NCBI GenBank assembly: GCA_048884965.1
Contig: JBHLQH010000002.1
Coordinates: 1 to 64,000, forward strand
DNA: 64,000 bases
Reading direction: 5' to 3'
From: Candidatus Thorarchaeota archaeon
GTDB lineage: Archaea > Asgardarchaeota > Thorarchaeia > Thorarchaeales > Thorarchaeaceae
The position numbers were made by a program, and so were the translations under genes. The notes beneath the pieces were generated by a model, which made no database searches, had not been told where the DNA came from, and saw only the letters and a list, made by a program, of their open reading frames with translations. How positions within the stretch are numbered: position 1 is the stretch's first letter; the number at the start of each line of letters is the position of its first letter. Below are positions 1-11,025 of the stretch, piece by piece.

Positions 1-122
1 TTATCAACAATAGGACCAGAATTCTCCATCTCAACAGATGCGAGATTTCGATGAGCAGTGCTCGTGAGTGATAGCACTAGTAGACTTGTGAAAAGAATCG
101 TAACTATCCTCCGAAACCACAT
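1..122 (-). CDS. 5' part of a secreted protein running off the window edge (signal peptide; possibly a solute-binding protein)
   Basis: Not in the ORF track. Manual translation from ATG at 122: MWFRRIVTILFTSLLVLSLTSTAHRNLASVEMENSGPIVD..., with a basic n-region and hydrophobic h-region; purine-rich GAGAGG lies upstream. Confidence 0.6.
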   Translation of the reverse strand, partial: MWFRRIVTILFTSLLVLSLTSTAHRNLASVEMENSGPIVD

Positions 123-201
123 TAAAGAAACCTACCTCTCGACTATACCAAGTGTATCAATACATCATATCTCTTGTTGTGTAAGCACAAACATGATTGT
201 T

Positions 202-220
202 ATAGGATATGTTATCCTAT
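202..220 (-). terminator. short hairpin downstream of rnhC
   Basis: ATAGGATA-tgt-TATCCTAT inverted repeat about 20 nt after the stop of 240..1085. Confidence 0.3.
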
Positions 221-239
221 GAACGCGAATCTATTGCTA

Positions 240-1085
240 TTACTTCAGATAGGATATCTTGGCGAATTCTCGTAAATCCTTTCTTTTCCTCGCCTCAGCT
301 ATGCTCATACCTTCAAGCTCTATTCCTAGTCGCAGAGAGGCCTTGTCGATCCATTCTTCCCGGAGGTCTCGAGCCATGATACTAGCAGCTGCTACCGCTG
401 TTACTCTTTCAGCCCTATGCATCTGTTCGAGTGGAATCTTTGATAGGTCGATTTTCTTACCAAGTCGTTCAAGCGTCTTGTTCTTATCAAACTCGTCCAC
501 GACGATTCTTGGCTTTGCCTTTATCTTTCTGATCTTTGAATAGACTGTACTGATAACCTCAGTATGTGCCCATGCAAGGAGATCGTTTAGGTTCTTCCCC
601 TCAGCATGCATCTCTTTCAACCGATCTTCGAAAACCTTTGGAGGAATAAGAAGGGTTTCAATCGCAAGTGAGTTCTCCTCAATCTCATATGCAAGTTCAC
701 CTATTTTTCCAGCGGAGAGTTCCTTGCTGTCCATGACCCCAACGCTTCGAAGGTAGATCTCCTGCTTCTCATTCAATGCAACTGCCGCGACCGTAAGAGG
801 ACCTAGCCACTCTCCCTTCCCCGCCTCATCAGAACCAATTGTAATAACATTCATGGAGTCCTTCGAGAGGCTTTGCACAGCAGTTGTAAGAAGAGAAGCA
901 GTCTCAGGAGAGTTCGCTACTATCTTTCCACTTGTATAGGCAACAATCACGCCTCCAGCGTAGTAGAATCTAAAGGCCTCATATTGATTTGAGGTTGTAC
1001 GTTGATGGGTATTATCGAAATCTAGTAGGAATACTCGAAGCTCATCCAATTGTTCCTCAGGAATTTTGACGACATACGGATCCAA
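240..1085 (-). CDS. rnhC: ribonuclease HIII (type 2 RNase H with N-terminal TBP-like domain)
   Basis: IGSDEAGKG...GP, DSK, VDEF, AE..VAAASIMAR give the DEDE acidic set; N-terminal YEAFRF...IVAYTSGKIV is a TBP-like extension typical of HIII. Confidence 0.85.
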   Translation of the reverse strand: MDPYVVKIPEEQLDELRVFLLDFDNTHQRTTSNQYEAFRFYYAGGVIVAYTSGKIVANSPETASLLTTAVQSLSKDSMNVITIGSDEAGKGEWLGPLTVAAVALNEKQEIYLRSVGVMDSKELSAGKIGELAYEIEENSLAIETLLIPPKVFEDRLKEMHAEGKNLNDLLAWAHTEVISTVYSKIRKIKAKPRIVVDEFDKNKTLERLGKKIDLSKIPLEQMHRAERVTAVAAASIMARDLREEWIDKASLRLGIELEGMSIAEARKRKDLREFAKISYLK

Positions 1086-1088
1086 GTT

Positions 1089-1880
1089 TCACTCACTCCT
1101 TACATAGATGACATCGCCAGCTCTAATGGAATGCACATCTCCAGAATCATCTTCCACAACAAGTAATCCATCGTCCTTAATCTCTTTGGCGACACCTTGA
1201 ACCTGTCTATCACCCATATCAACGATCACTTTTGCACCCAACGTCCCACAGATGTTGTTATACACTTGACTCACCTTTGAAAGAATCGGATCACCTTCTA
1301 ACCACCAATCGATCCTACTCACTATTTCTACTAGCAAATCCTCCAAGGAACTGTCGCATCCGCACTCCATCTTGATCGAGGTGGCAACATCCTGCAAATC
1401 CAGAGGGAATCCTTCAGTCATGTTGTTCACGTTGATACCTATACCAAGAATAACATAGACTTCTTCATCCCATTCTTCCTGCTTGATGATTAGTTCGGAG
1501 AGAATCCCACAGAGCTTCCTCTCATTCACTAGGATGTCATTTGGCCATTTCAGATGAGGTGTCAAACCTGATTCTGTCTTGACTGCTTCATGAACACAAC
1601 AAGCAGCCATCAATGCATAGAGTGCATATGAGCTGACATCCTTGTTCGCCTTAAGAACAATTGAGAAGTAGAGACCGCCTTTTGGAGAATGCCAGGTCCT
1701 TGTCATTCGACCTTTCCCCGAAGTTTGCTCATCTGCAACAACAATAGTACCTTCTGAGTCCGGACTATCTATGAGAAGTTTTGCATAGGTGTTTGTGGAT
1801 CCAATGGCTTCCAGAACTATAATCCTATGTGCAAGGGATCGTAATCGAAATCCCGACTCTATTCTCTCCTTCTCAATCAT
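1089..1880 (-). CDS. birA: biotin--[acetyl-CoA-carboxylase] ligase (no HTH)
   Basis: STN, QTSGKGR, W.SPKGGLYFS, KWPND, KLCGIL, GIGINV motifs. Confidence 0.93.
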   Translation of the reverse strand: MIEKERIESGFRLRSLAHRIIVLEAIGSTNTYAKLLIDSPDSEGTIVVADEQTSGKGRMTRTWHSPKGGLYFSIVLKANKDVSSYALYALMAACCVHEAVKTESGLTPHLKWPNDILVNERKLCGILSELIIKQEEWDEEVYVILGIGINVNNMTEGFPLDLQDVATSIKMECGCDSSLEDLLVEIVSRIDWWLEGDPILSKVSQVYNNICGTLGAKVIVDMGDRQVQGVAKEIKDDGLLVVEDDSGDVHSIRAGDVIYVRSE

Positions 1881-2028
1881 GTATGAACCTCTGAAATAGC
1901 TTGATTTCAGTTGTTCTTATGAATTCTTCAGTGTCAAAACCTTCTACAATCAGCAAAATGCACAATCTAATTCATTCAGAGTTTGTTTATATTGTACGGA
2001 ACTTGCGATATCCTAGCGAGTGGTTCAA

Positions 2029-2853
2029 ATGCCAAGCTTTGCAGGAGCGGTATTACTACCGGATTCAAAGAAGACTCTGCTCTTCAAGAATAGAGATCTC
2101 AAAAGTGCGAATTACAGAGATGAGATATTCTATGATGTCGATTGCTTCGGAGTTCGAGGTATCGATGTTGTAACTGACAAGGTCGCGGGACTCGCTGTTG
2201 GGGTCAATCGCTTTGGTCTTGCTGTTGCAAATACCCATGTCATGCATTCAGATGATCCGTCCTACCATCTTCTCACTGAACAGATCCTGATGTTCGCAAA
2301 GGATGCTGAGGATGGATTGGCACTCGTTGTAGAGCATCTGAAACAAGGGAGGAAATATCAATGGGGAAATGTTGTCTTAGCTGATAGCAATAGTGCACTC
2401 GTAATCGAAATCGCTGGAGCAGAGCACTCGATGGAGTGGTCACAACGGAAGGTCCTACGTACCAGCCATCACATCATGCTCGATACGGAGGATACCATTC
2501 GAGCTCAAATGGGAGAGTCACAGATCTTCGAATCCTCAGTCAAGAGAGTCGAGCGAGGTTATGACCTACTCAGAGAGGTTTCAAGTAAGAACGGCGTTTT
2601 CAATCTCTTGAAGGACCACGGAGATTCACAAGGGCAATCAAGTCTTTGCAGACATGTGGATCCAACTGGTAACTTGGTGACAGCAATGAGCTATGTGATT
2701 GAGATTGACTTTGATCTGGAATCAGGAAAGCCAAAGATTGTCTTCCATGTTGCAAATGGGAATCCTTGTTCAACTGAATACAGAGCGATTCCACTCGTGT
2801 TTCCAGCAGATGAGGAAATCATGAAACGAGCTGCGCAGATGTACTTCCCCTAA
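2029..2853 (+). CDS. Ntn-hydrolase superfamily protein (C45/C69/choloylglycine-hydrolase-like)
   Basis: LFKNRD near the N-terminus, GVNRFGLAVAN, N.VLAD....VIE, LCRH and GNPC patterns. Start moved to ATG 2029. Confidence 0.6.
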   Translation: MPSFAGAVLLPDSKKTLLFKNRDLKSANYRDEIFYDVDCFGVRGIDVVTDKVAGLAVGVNRFGLAVANTHVMHSDDPSYHLLTEQILMFAKDAEDGLALVVEHLKQGRKYQWGNVVLADSNSALVIEIAGAEHSMEWSQRKVLRTSHHIMLDTEDTIRAQMGESQIFESSVKRVERGYDLLREVSSKNGVFNLLKDHGDSQGQSSLCRHVDPTGNLVTAMSYVIEIDFDLESGKPKIVFHVANGNPCSTEYRAIPLVFPADEEIMKRAAQMYFP

Positions 2854-4148
2854 GTCATATCGACATGCTCTTCGTCATCAATGATCTCTATCACTAGCTG
2901 ACCTTCTTGAGCGGCCTTGACAGCTGCGAGTTCTTCCTCTTTTGATTTGAAGAATGAATAGAAGAGGATGACAGCTAAAATATAGAGTCCAGATACTAGG
3001 ATGTAGGGTATTCTATACAAACCAGCAGCAAGTAGCATACCCCCTATGTTGGCTGCGACACCCCTGACGAAGGAATCACCAGTTCGTACAATACCAGTTG
3101 CAGTCGCCCGTTCTTCCTTTGTAAGACATTCCATGAATAGCGCACTAGATACAGGTCCTCCCATGTTCATCAACGCAGTCCTAGCAACATACGCAATCAC
3201 TGCTAGATAGAGAACAGGAGCCCAAGCGATCATCAGGAGAAATGGAACTGATAGTGCTTCTGTGAGAACCACAGTGCGAACCTTTCCGATCCTGTCAGAA
3301 AGAGCTGGGGCCGCGAAATTCCCTACAGCAAGGACTATCGTGTTTATTCCGAAGATGACACCAATCAGGGATGAATCTGCGGCGAATTCTTGTGCGAAAA
3401 AGATATTGAAGAAGAGGACTATCATGCCTGCGCCGAGTCCGACAGTCGTTACAGTCGTAGCATATTGTCCGATGAACTTCCAGTTTCGTACGTTTTGAAG
3501 CCCGAATTTGGATATGGCATTTGTAACGACATCTTGTGACATTGGTAAGACCATAACAGTGCCTAATAGCATGGGAACAAGACTGAACCATAACGTAAGC
3601 CGATAGGGCAGGAAGAAGCTCACTGTGGTGCCCATCGAGGCGCTTAGAAATCCAGGTAAGAAGCCGCCCAGAAGGTTGCCAGCAAGGACTGAGAGCAGCG
3701 AGATTCCACTACTAAAACCAAAGAGATGTGCTCGTTCCTCGTTTGTTGATAGGTCAGTTATGTATGGACCCCATGACACTTGGTTGAATGCACTGGAAAG
3801 ACCCAGAAATATCTGAGAAGCCATGAGTACGCCAGGTTCTAGGGAGGTATATTGGATAAGTATCATGATGAAATTAACAAATAGAGCAATAACCACGATC
3901 TTCTTCCGTGCATGTCGATCGGTGAACATCCCGGCGAGGATTGCGATACCAGCAGTGGCGAACATTGATATCGAAAGGAAGAATCCAAGGAAGTCTTCAG
4001 AGAATCCGGCTTCAACCATATAGAGATTGAAGATGACGTTACTTATACCAAATGCAAAGGAGCTAAATGCGTTGCTCAAGATATAGAGCCTCGCGTCTCG
4101 TTGGAATAGACGCACTCGGTCCATGTAGCTGAGCTTAGCTTGTTGCAT
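2850..4148 (-). CDS. MFS transporter
   Basis: About 12 hydrophobic helices; motif A variants GMFTDRHARK and LSDRIGKVR. Confidence 0.9.
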   Translation of the reverse strand: MQQAKLSYMDRVRLFQRDARLYILSNAFSSFAFGISNVIFNLYMVEAGFSEDFLGFFLSISMFATAGIAILAGMFTDRHARKKIVVIALFVNFIMILIQYTSLEPGVLMASQIFLGLSSAFNQVSWGPYITDLSTNEERAHLFGFSSGISLLSVLAGNLLGGFLPGFLSASMGTTVSFFLPYRLTLWFSLVPMLLGTVMVLPMSQDVVTNAISKFGLQNVRNWKFIGQYATTVTTVGLGAGMIVLFFNIFFAQEFAADSSLIGVIFGINTIVLAVGNFAAPALSDRIGKVRTVVLTEALSVPFLLMIAWAPVLYLAVIAYVARTALMNMGGPVSSALFMECLTKEERATATGIVRTGDSFVRGVAANIGGMLLAAGLYRIPYILVSGLYILAVILFYSFFKSKEEELAAVKAAQEGQLVIEIIDDEEHVDMT

Positions 4149-4268
4149 AGGGTTTCACATCGCGAGAATGAACGGAGCCGTTGGGGATAGGGATGCACCT
4201 ATAACAATTCCGAATTGGACATCGTCAAATGGACAAATCTAAATCGGAGATATGAGCCGAATAGAGGC

Positions 4269-5318
4269 ATGAAGAAAATAGACCTTCGAAGTGACACCTG
4301 CACTTTGCCAACTGACCAGATGATTGAGGCAATTGTACAAGCTCATCAAGATGGAAGGCTTGGTGATGATGGTGTTGGTGAGGATGAGGTGGTAAACGAG
4401 CTACAACATAAAGCAGCAAGGATTCTGGGAAAGGAGAAAGCCTTACTTGTTACTTCAGGCACGCAAGGGAATCTCATCTCAATGTTTTCACAGACCAACA
4501 GAGGTGATGAGGTTGTGATAGAGAAGATGTCCCATACCTACCTGTTTGAGGGAGGTGCAATGGCATCGCTTGGCGGTTTATATCCGAAACCTGTCGAAGG
4601 CATACGTGGATATATACCTCCAGAAACCCTAGAAGCCGCTATCAATCCTGATGACGAGCATTATGCAAAGACATCTCTAGTTATTCTTGAGAATACACAT
4701 AGCTATGCTGGAGGGACCGTGATTACTCCAGAACAAGTCAAATCACTGAGTAAAGTTGCAAGAGATTATGATTTGAAAATTCATGTAGATGGAGCCCGTC
4801 TTTTCAACGCAGCAGTAGCTCTTGATATTCCTGCACGGAATCTTGTCGAGGATGTCGATTCAGTTCAAATCTGCTTGAGCAAAGGTCTCTCAGCACCAGT
4901 TGGTTCAATCATTGCAGGAACTGAGGAATTTATCCATGAGGCACATCGTATGAGAAAGAAGATGGGAGGAGGCATGCGACAGGCAGGAATCATCGCCGCC
5001 CCGGGGATAATAGCAATTGAGAAGATGATTGATCGATTGAAGGATGATCATGCGAATACGAAACTCCTCTACGAGCGACTGTCCCGAATATCTCAGTTAC
5101 ATATAGAAGAACCCGATACGAACATCCTCTTTGTTAACACCGACGACTTAGGTATCGATGCGATGCAGTTCTCAGAAGCATTGGCAAAGAAAGGGATACT
5201 GGTATATGGCGAATACGGTACCCGCACTAGATTTGTGCTGAACCGAATGGTCAGCAGAGAGGACACTCTCGTTGTGGCGGACGCAATTGATGAAATCGTC
5301 CAGAAGCTCAGCGGATAG
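4269..5318 (+). CDS. ltaE: low-specificity L-threonine aldolase (PLP)
   Basis: DLRSDT, SGTQGN, LENTH, HVDGARLFNA, CLSKGLSAPVGS, GGGMRQAG. Start moved to ATG 4269. Confidence 0.92.
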   Translation: MKKIDLRSDTCTLPTDQMIEAIVQAHQDGRLGDDGVGEDEVVNELQHKAARILGKEKALLVTSGTQGNLISMFSQTNRGDEVVIEKMSHTYLFEGGAMASLGGLYPKPVEGIRGYIPPETLEAAINPDDEHYAKTSLVILENTHSYAGGTVITPEQVKSLSKVARDYDLKIHVDGARLFNAAVALDIPARNLVEDVDSVQICLSKGLSAPVGSIIAGTEEFIHEAHRMRKKMGGGMRQAGIIAAPGIIAIEKMIDRLKDDHANTKLLYERLSRISQLHIEEPDTNILFVNTDDLGIDAMQFSEALAKKGILVYGEYGTRTRFVLNRMVSREDTLVVADAIDEIVQKLSG

Positions 5319-5319
5319 A

Positions 5320-5613
5320 TTAGCTGATTACTCTAGATCTAGCGTCAGCCAGCATCCTATTGCAATGATCAGACCAATCTGGTGCAAGTTTCAAAGCATG
5401 CTCCGCACAGTCAATGCATTCTTTATACTGGCCAAGCTGGTAGTGTAGTTTCGCCTTGTAGAACCACGCATGTGCATATTCGTTGTTGATCTGAATTGCC
5501 TTGGAGTAAGCTGACAGCGCCTCATCATATCGTCCATTAGCTTCATGACTCTTCGCCTTACGATAGAAGTCAAAGTGATTGGTTGTCTCCTCAGACACCC
5601 GTGTTACCTCCAA
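5320..5613 (-). CDS. small TPR protein
   Basis: Two TPR units (GRYDEALSAYSKAIQIN..YAHAWFYKA); paralog of 14614..14886. Confidence 0.8.
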   Translation of the reverse strand: MEVTRVSEETTNHFDFYRKAKSHEANGRYDEALSAYSKAIQINNEYAHAWFYKAKLHYQLGQYKECIDCAEHALKLAPDWSDHCNRMLADARSRVIS

Positions 5614-5677
5614 GTGTATGTAATATACAATTAATCAAATAAACTCTTGGAGGTTAGATTTGCTTGGTAATATCACC

Positions 5678-6085
5678 CTATTCTGACTCTTGGCAAAGCT
5701 CAAGAAGAACGCCAGATGTAGATTTGGGATGTATGAAGGCGATTTTCATTTCATGAGCTCCAATGCGAGGCGTTGGGTCAATCAAACGGACCTCGTGTGC
5801 TGAGTGTTTCTCCAGGTCTTCCTCGATTGTGCTGGTTCTAACAGCGATGTGATGGATTCCAGCCCCTCGTTTCTCAAGGAATCCAGCAATAGGACTATCT
5901 GGTGATGTTGGCTCCAAGAGTTCAATACGACTCTCACCGATTTTCAAGAATGCAACCTTTACCTTCTGCTCCTCAACTACCTCACTCCCAGTATATTCGA
6001 GCCCAAGAACATCTCGATAGTATGGGAGTGCCTCATCAATGCTGTTAACAGCAATACCAATATGATCAATCTTCTCGATTCCCAT
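5678..6085 (-). CDS. mce: methylmalonyl-CoA epimerase
   Basis: IDHIGIAV, IELLEP, GIHHIA, AFIHPK...GVLLELCQ; last gene of the mutase operon. Confidence 0.95.
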   Translation of the reverse strand: MGIEKIDHIGIAVNSIDEALPYYRDVLGLEYTGSEVVEEQKVKVAFLKIGESRIELLEPTSPDSPIAGFLEKRGAGIHHIAVRTSTIEEDLEKHSAHEVRLIDPTPRIGAHEMKIAFIHPKSTSGVLLELCQESE

Positions 6086-6097
6086 CTCCTTCTCACC

Positions 6098-7768
6098 TCA
6101 GATAATGTCAGGTGCCTTATACTCTCCGAAGACACTGCGTAGGACATCGCAAATCTCACCGAGAGTTGCGTAAGCTTTTACTGCTGCCAGTATCAATGGC
6201 ATTAAATTCGAAGACCCAACAGCACCTTCTCGTAATGCTTCTAGCGTTGAAGTCACCTTTGCATTGTCACGATGTTGTTTCAATTCATTAAGTCGTTCAA
6301 TCTGTGACACTTCTACAGTTGGATCCACGCGAAGATAATCAAATGTCCGCTCTTCTTCAACAGTGAACTTATTCACACCAACAACGACTCTATCGCCTCT
6401 ATCGACCATCCTCTGAAACTCATAGGCAGCAGCGTGGATCTCCTTCTGAATGTAACCTTCCTCAATAGCTGCAGGAGCTCCACCCATAGAATCTATTCGC
6501 TCGATGTACTCCATCGCCTTCCGTTCAATCTCGTTTGTTAAATGCTCAATGTAGTATGAGCCAGCAAGAGGGTCTACAGTATCTCCCACACCAGACTCGT
6601 AGGCGATTATCTGTTGAGTGCGAAGTGCAATTTGTACTGAATCCTCGGTAGGAAGCGAGAGCGCTTCATCACGTGAGTTCGTGTGTAAGGATTGAGTCCC
6701 TCCCAAAACCGCCTGTAATGCCTGTAGAGTTACCCGTACAATATTGTTATCGGGTTGTTGAGCAGTCAGGGTACACCCAGCAGTCTGAGTATGGAATCTC
6801 ATTAATGCCGACTTGTCATCTTTCGCATGGAAGCGTTCCTTCATTATTCGTGCCCAAAGCCTCCGAGCACACCGGAATTTTGCTATCTCCTCAAGAAAAT
6901 CAGAGTGACTGCCAAAGAAGAATGAAAGACGAGAGGCGAAATCGTCGACATCAAGTCCAGTCTTGATTGCTGCTTCGACATAGGCGATACCATCAGCAAT
7001 TGTGAATGCAACCTCCTGCACTGCTGTCGATCCAGCTTCTCGAAGGTGATATCCACTTATGGAGATAGTATTCCAGAGCGGCATCTTCTCAGAACAGAAT
7101 TGAAAGATGTCTGTTGTTAGCCGCATGGATGGCTTTGGAGGGAAGATGTAGGTGCCACGGGCAGCGTACTCTTTGAGAATATCATTCTGGATAGTGCCTC
7201 GTAGCAGATCCATAGACACACCCTGCCTTTCAGCGACTGCTATATACATTGCAAGAAGTACACTTGAGGGTGCATTAATCGTCATGGAGGTACTGACCTT
7301 GTCAAGAGGAATGGAATCAAATAAGACCTCCATGTCAGCCAATGAATCTATAGCAACACCAACCTTACCGACCTCACCTCTAGATAGAGGATAATCTGAG
7401 TCATAACCTATCTGCGTAGGCAGGTCAAACGCAACCGACAGACCTGTCTGCCCTTGCTCTAGGAGGAACTTGAATCGTTCATTTGTTTCCTTGGCTGTAG
7501 CGAAGCCGCTGTATTGACGCATGGTCCAGAACCGACCCCGATACATTGTCGGCTGAACCCCTCGGGTGTATGGATAGAGACCTGGAAAACCGAGATTATT
7601 GTTGTAATCAAGGTCATCAACATCGAGTGGTGTATAAAGTCGCTTCACAGGAATACCAGAGATAGTCTTGAATTCTTCTTCACGCTCTGGAAAACGTCCT
7701 AGACTCTTCTTAACGACATTCTCGTCCCAGTCCCGAAAGAACTCGGAAATGTCAGTTCCCTTTGTCAT
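6098..7768 (-). CDS. mcmA1: methylmalonyl-CoA mutase, large (substrate-binding) subunit
   Basis: [61 protein letters not shown]; retains the Tyr (RQY) and Arg (ARG) MCM determinants. Confidence 0.93.
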   Translation of the reverse strand: MTKGTDISEFFRDWDENVVKKSLGRFPEREEEFKTISGIPVKRLYTPLDVDDLDYNNNLGFPGLYPYTRGVQPTMYRGRFWTMRQYSGFATAKETNERFKFLLEQGQTGLSVAFDLPTQIGYDSDYPLSRGEVGKVGVAIDSLADMEVLFDSIPLDKVSTSMTINAPSSVLLAMYIAVAERQGVSMDLLRGTIQNDILKEYAARGTYIFPPKPSMRLTTDIFQFCSEKMPLWNTISISGYHLREAGSTAVQEVAFTIADGIAYVEAAIKTGLDVDDFASRLSFFFGSHSDFLEEIAKFRCARRLWARIMKERFHAKDDKSALMRFHTQTAGCTLTAQQPDNNIVRVTLQALQAVLGGTQSLHTNSRDEALSLPTEDSVQIALRTQQIIAYESGVGDTVDPLAGSYYIEHLTNEIERKAMEYIERIDSMGGAPAAIEEGYIQKEIHAAAYEFQRMVDRGDRVVVGVNKFTVEEERTFDYLRVDPTVEVSQIERLNELKQHRDNAKVTSTLEALREGAVGSSNLMPLILAAVKAYATLGEICDVLRSVFGEYKAPDII

Positions 7769-7778
7769 GTTAAACCAC

Positions 7779-8753
7779 CTATCCTCTACATTTGACTAAG
7801 AATTCAGTGATGAGCTTTTCAGCGACTGAATAAGGGTCCTCTTTTCGAAGGGCAATCTCACGTATCGCGGCCTCATATTCAGGTCGCCCTCGCAGACTTG
7901 CCAGTAGCTCCCGGGTCAGCTTATACTCCATAAGCTGCTCTAGTTCCTCTCTGCTACGTCGAAGACCACGTGCCTCAAGTTGTCCACTAGATTCGAGGTA
8001 TGAAAAATGTGCATCAATCCTATCAACAAGGTCGGGGATTCCTTCACCAGTCCGCCCATTTGTCAGAATAACAGGAGGGCGCCACTCACCCATCTTCTGA
8101 TCGGTATCAAGCATGGCATTGATTTCTGTCACTTTCTTATCAGCACCAGGCAGGTCTGATTTGTTGACAACGAAGATATCTGCAATCTCCATAATCCCAG
8201 CTTTGATAGCTTGAATGTCATCGCCACTACCGGGAACGTCTGTTACAAGGACCGTATGGGCAATCTCAATGACCTCAACCTCGGATTGCCCAGCTCCGAC
8301 AGTTTCAACAAGAATGATATCCATTCCAAAGGCATCAACAGCTCTAACAGCATCAGAAGTTGCTCTGGCGAGTCCTCCAAGATGACCTCTTGTGCCCATG
8401 CTCCTCACAAATACATCTTTGTCCAAGCTATGCTCTTGCATACGAATACGATCCCCAAGCAATGCACCACCTGAAAATGGGCTGGATGGATCAACGCAAA
8501 TGATCCCAACGGACTTCTCTCGCTTTCTGTACTCTGTTGTGATCCGAGTAACCAAGGTACTTTTTCCGGATCCGGGGGGACCGGTGACACCAATAATCAT
8601 TGCATTACCTGTACTCTTGTACAATCGACCAAGAACCTCAGATGCTATGGGATCTTCGTCTTCGATGAGAGAAATCAACTTAGCTAGGTCTCTTCTTCTC
8701 CCGCTAATGACTCCTTCAACGAGCTTTTCTACAGACACCGCAATACTCCTCAT
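7779..8753 (-). CDS. meaB: methylmalonyl-CoA mutase-associated GTPase MeaB/ArgK
   Basis: [41 protein letters not shown]. Confidence 0.95.
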   Translation of the reverse strand: MRSIAVSVEKLVEGVISGRRRDLAKLISLIEDEDPIASEVLGRLYKSTGNAMIIGVTGPPGSGKSTLVTRITTEYRKREKSVGIICVDPSSPFSGGALLGDRIRMQEHSLDKDVFVRSMGTRGHLGGLARATSDAVRAVDAFGMDIILVETVGAGQSEVEVIEIAHTVLVTDVPGSGDDIQAIKAGIMEIADIFVVNKSDLPGADKKVTEINAMLDTDQKMGEWRPPVILTNGRTGEGIPDLVDRIDAHFSYLESSGQLEARGLRRSREELEQLMEYKLTRELLASLRGRPEYEAAIREIALRKEDPYSVAEKLITEFLVKCRG

Positions 8754-8763
8754 AGACAGCTAG

Positions 8764-9168
8764 CTATTTTATGACGTTGTTGTTGATGTAGTCGATAATT
8801 TCTTGCAAGGGAGTTCCAGGTCCAAAAACCGCAGCAATACCAGCCTCTTTCAACATGGGAACATCATCTTCAGGGATGATGCCTCCAGCAACGACTAGGA
8901 TCTCCTCAGCCCCCTCTTCTCGGAGTAGCTCTGTAATCCGGGGGAATAATGCATTGTGAGCACCACTTAGGATGCTTAGGCCAATTACATCTACTGCTTC
9001 ATCGACTGCAGCACGAACAATCATCTCGGGAGTCTGTCTAAGTCCCGTATAGATTACTTCCATTCCTGCATCTCTTAAAGCACGAGCTACGACCTTAGCC
9101 CCACGATCATGACCATCAAGCCCTGGCTTTGCAACGAGTACGCGAATTTTCTTAGAACTCAAGAGCAC
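8764..9168 (-). CDS. mcmA2: acyl-CoA mutase small (cobalamin-binding) subunit
   Basis: [12 protein letters not shown] (DxHxxG), SILSGAH, GGIIP, FGPGT. Confidence 0.95.
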   Translation of the reverse strand: MLLSSKKIRVLVAKPGLDGHDRGAKVVARALRDAGMEVIYTGLRQTPEMIVRAAVDEAVDVIGLSILSGAHNALFPRITELLREEGAEEILVVAGGIIPEDDVPMLKEAGIAAVFGPGTPLQEIIDYINNNVIK

Positions 9169-9285
9169 ACCTCAGGTTGTTATCTGGTATCGCGAATCTT
9201 CACGGTCGTGATATAAAGGCTTTCGATTGTTGATAAATACCATCGAATAACATCCACACAGCATTTTGCACATTGAGAAAGGGAA

Positions 9286-9310
9286 GTGATGGCTCCTTGT
9301 GAGCCATCAC
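9286..9310 (-). terminator. stem-loop terminator after the beta-propeller gene
   Basis: Perfect 10-bp inverted repeat GTGATGGCTC-cttgt-GAGCCATCAC just past the stop, followed by a pyrimidine tract on the - strand. Confidence 0.6.
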
Positions 9311-9319
9311 AACATTGTA

Positions 9320-10933
9320 CTACTGACCCATTCGCTTTCGGAGGAACACAACTGAAATCAGAACAATTAGTACTACTCCAACAATAATGACGCCCTCTAT
9401 GACACCAAAGGGTAATCCTGCAGGGGGAACATCAATCATGCCTGCCAGGTTGAGTTTCATGATGAACATATCATTACTTCCACTATGGGTCCCTTGATAG
9501 GCGTCTTCAACAGGAAAATCTGGAGAATCAGTGTAGCCAAAGATGACAATGGTGTCATTTGAATGCCAAGCAACGCCCATTCCAATATCATCACGTGTTC
9601 CTCCAAATAGTGTCGAAAACAAGAGTGAACCATCCTGATTCAACATCACTAGCAATGAATCGTAATATCTTGATTCAGATATGTTCAGAGGGAATGTCGT
9701 TGGAAAATCATTTGAAGAAGTCTGACCTGTGATAAGGATTCGGCCTTGTGAATCTACTTTGATGGCATTACCATAATCCGCAGCAGATCCACCTAGTAGC
9801 GTACTAAATACGAGGTCTTTGCCATTCGGAGTCAATTTGGTGATGAATATCTCAGCGCGGTCAACAGGCTCTGCTTGAATGGCATTTAGGCACGGAAAAT
9901 TATCAGATATTGTATAGCCAGTGACTACTATATTGTCGTTATCATCAATTGCCATGTCATTCGCTGTGTCTAGATCCTCTCCTCCCAAGAATGTAAAGTA
10001 CTCCAAAGTACCATTTGTAGTATATTTTGCCACAAAGGCATCAGATGATCCTCCCCCGTACTCCTCTTGATAAGCTCCATCTGTTGCAAGTAGTCCATTG
10101 GCAATCATTCCAGCTATCACAACATTACCTTCAGAATCAAAACCTATCTGTCTACCATGATCGATTCCTGAAGTGCCTAGATATGTCGAGAAAAGTAATG
10201 ATTGTCCGTCTGCTTCAAAGAATGATATGTAGACATCCAGATTTCCAGCAGGTACGCTCTGTGTGGGATTAAGTAATGGAAAATCGGTGGACGCAGTAGT
10301 ACCGGTTATTGCAATTCTACCACTAGAATCCATACCCATAGCGTATAGATAATCACTACCAGTGCCGCCAAAGACCGTTGAGAACAGAAGTGATTGTCCG
10401 TCTTCAGAGATCTTGGTGATAAACAGATTAAGTCCTGAGCAATTTGATTCATATGGATTCACCAGTGGATAGTCTGTAGAACCAGTTTCTCCTGCCAGAA
10501 TGATATTATCCTCTGAATCAACTGCTATTCCTGAGATAAATTCTAGAGCAGAGCCGCCAAGATACGTTGAGAAGATAAGTGAGCCGTTCGGATGGAATTT
10601 CGCGATAATGCTATCTCTTGCACCATTTAGGTGGCCTTGATAGGCATTCTTTACTGGAAAGTCATCCGAGTAAGAAGTTCCAACGACTATGATATTCCCT
10701 TTCGAATCAACAATAGTATCTCCAAAAGCAAACGATACACCCATGGACTCATCATCAGATCCTCCAAGATAGCTTGAGAACTCGATCAGATCGAGCTGAT
10801 TGTATCCTGTGGAGGCTTCTACCTGTGAGAATCCTCCAATGAGTAGAAGCATCATGACTACAATCATGAATCCTATTCGTTTGTTAATCCCAATCCCAGT
10901 CATTTCTAAATCTACCTTCTCCATTAGATACAC
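9320..10933 (-). CDS. cell-surface SBBP-repeat (beta-propeller) protein with C-terminal TM anchor
   Basis: Signal peptide; repeated FSTYLGGS..D...IAVDS.GNI.V.G.T.S.DFP units; C-terminal hydrophobic helix plus RKR. Confidence 0.85.
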   Translation of the reverse strand: MYLMEKVDLEMTGIGINKRIGFMIVVMMLLLIGGFSQVEASTGYNQLDLIEFSSYLGGSDDESMGVSFAFGDTIVDSKGNIIVVGTSYSDDFPVKNAYQGHLNGARDSIIAKFHPNGSLIFSTYLGGSALEFISGIAVDSEDNIILAGETGSTDYPLVNPYESNCSGLNLFITKISEDGQSLLFSTVFGGTGSDYLYAMGMDSSGRIAITGTTASTDFPLLNPTQSVPAGNLDVYISFFEADGQSLLFSTYLGTSGIDHGRQIGFDSEGNVVIAGMIANGLLATDGAYQEEYGGGSSDAFVAKYTTNGTLEYFTFLGGEDLDTANDMAIDDNDNIVVTGYTISDNFPCLNAIQAEPVDRAEIFITKLTPNGKDLVFSTLLGGSAADYGNAIKVDSQGRILITGQTSSNDFPTTFPLNISESRYYDSLLVMLNQDGSLLFSTLFGGTRDDIGMGVAWHSNDTIVIFGYTDSPDFPVEDAYQGTHSGSNDMFIMKLNLAGMIDVPPAGLPFGVIEGVIIVGVVLIVLISVVFLRKRMGQ

Positions 10934-11025
10934 TTATTTTATATTTTCTAATTTACGAAATTTGAATAAAAGACATTGCTATCAGAGCAATGATTACATA
11001 GAAGATATGCAAGGTTGCAGACAGG

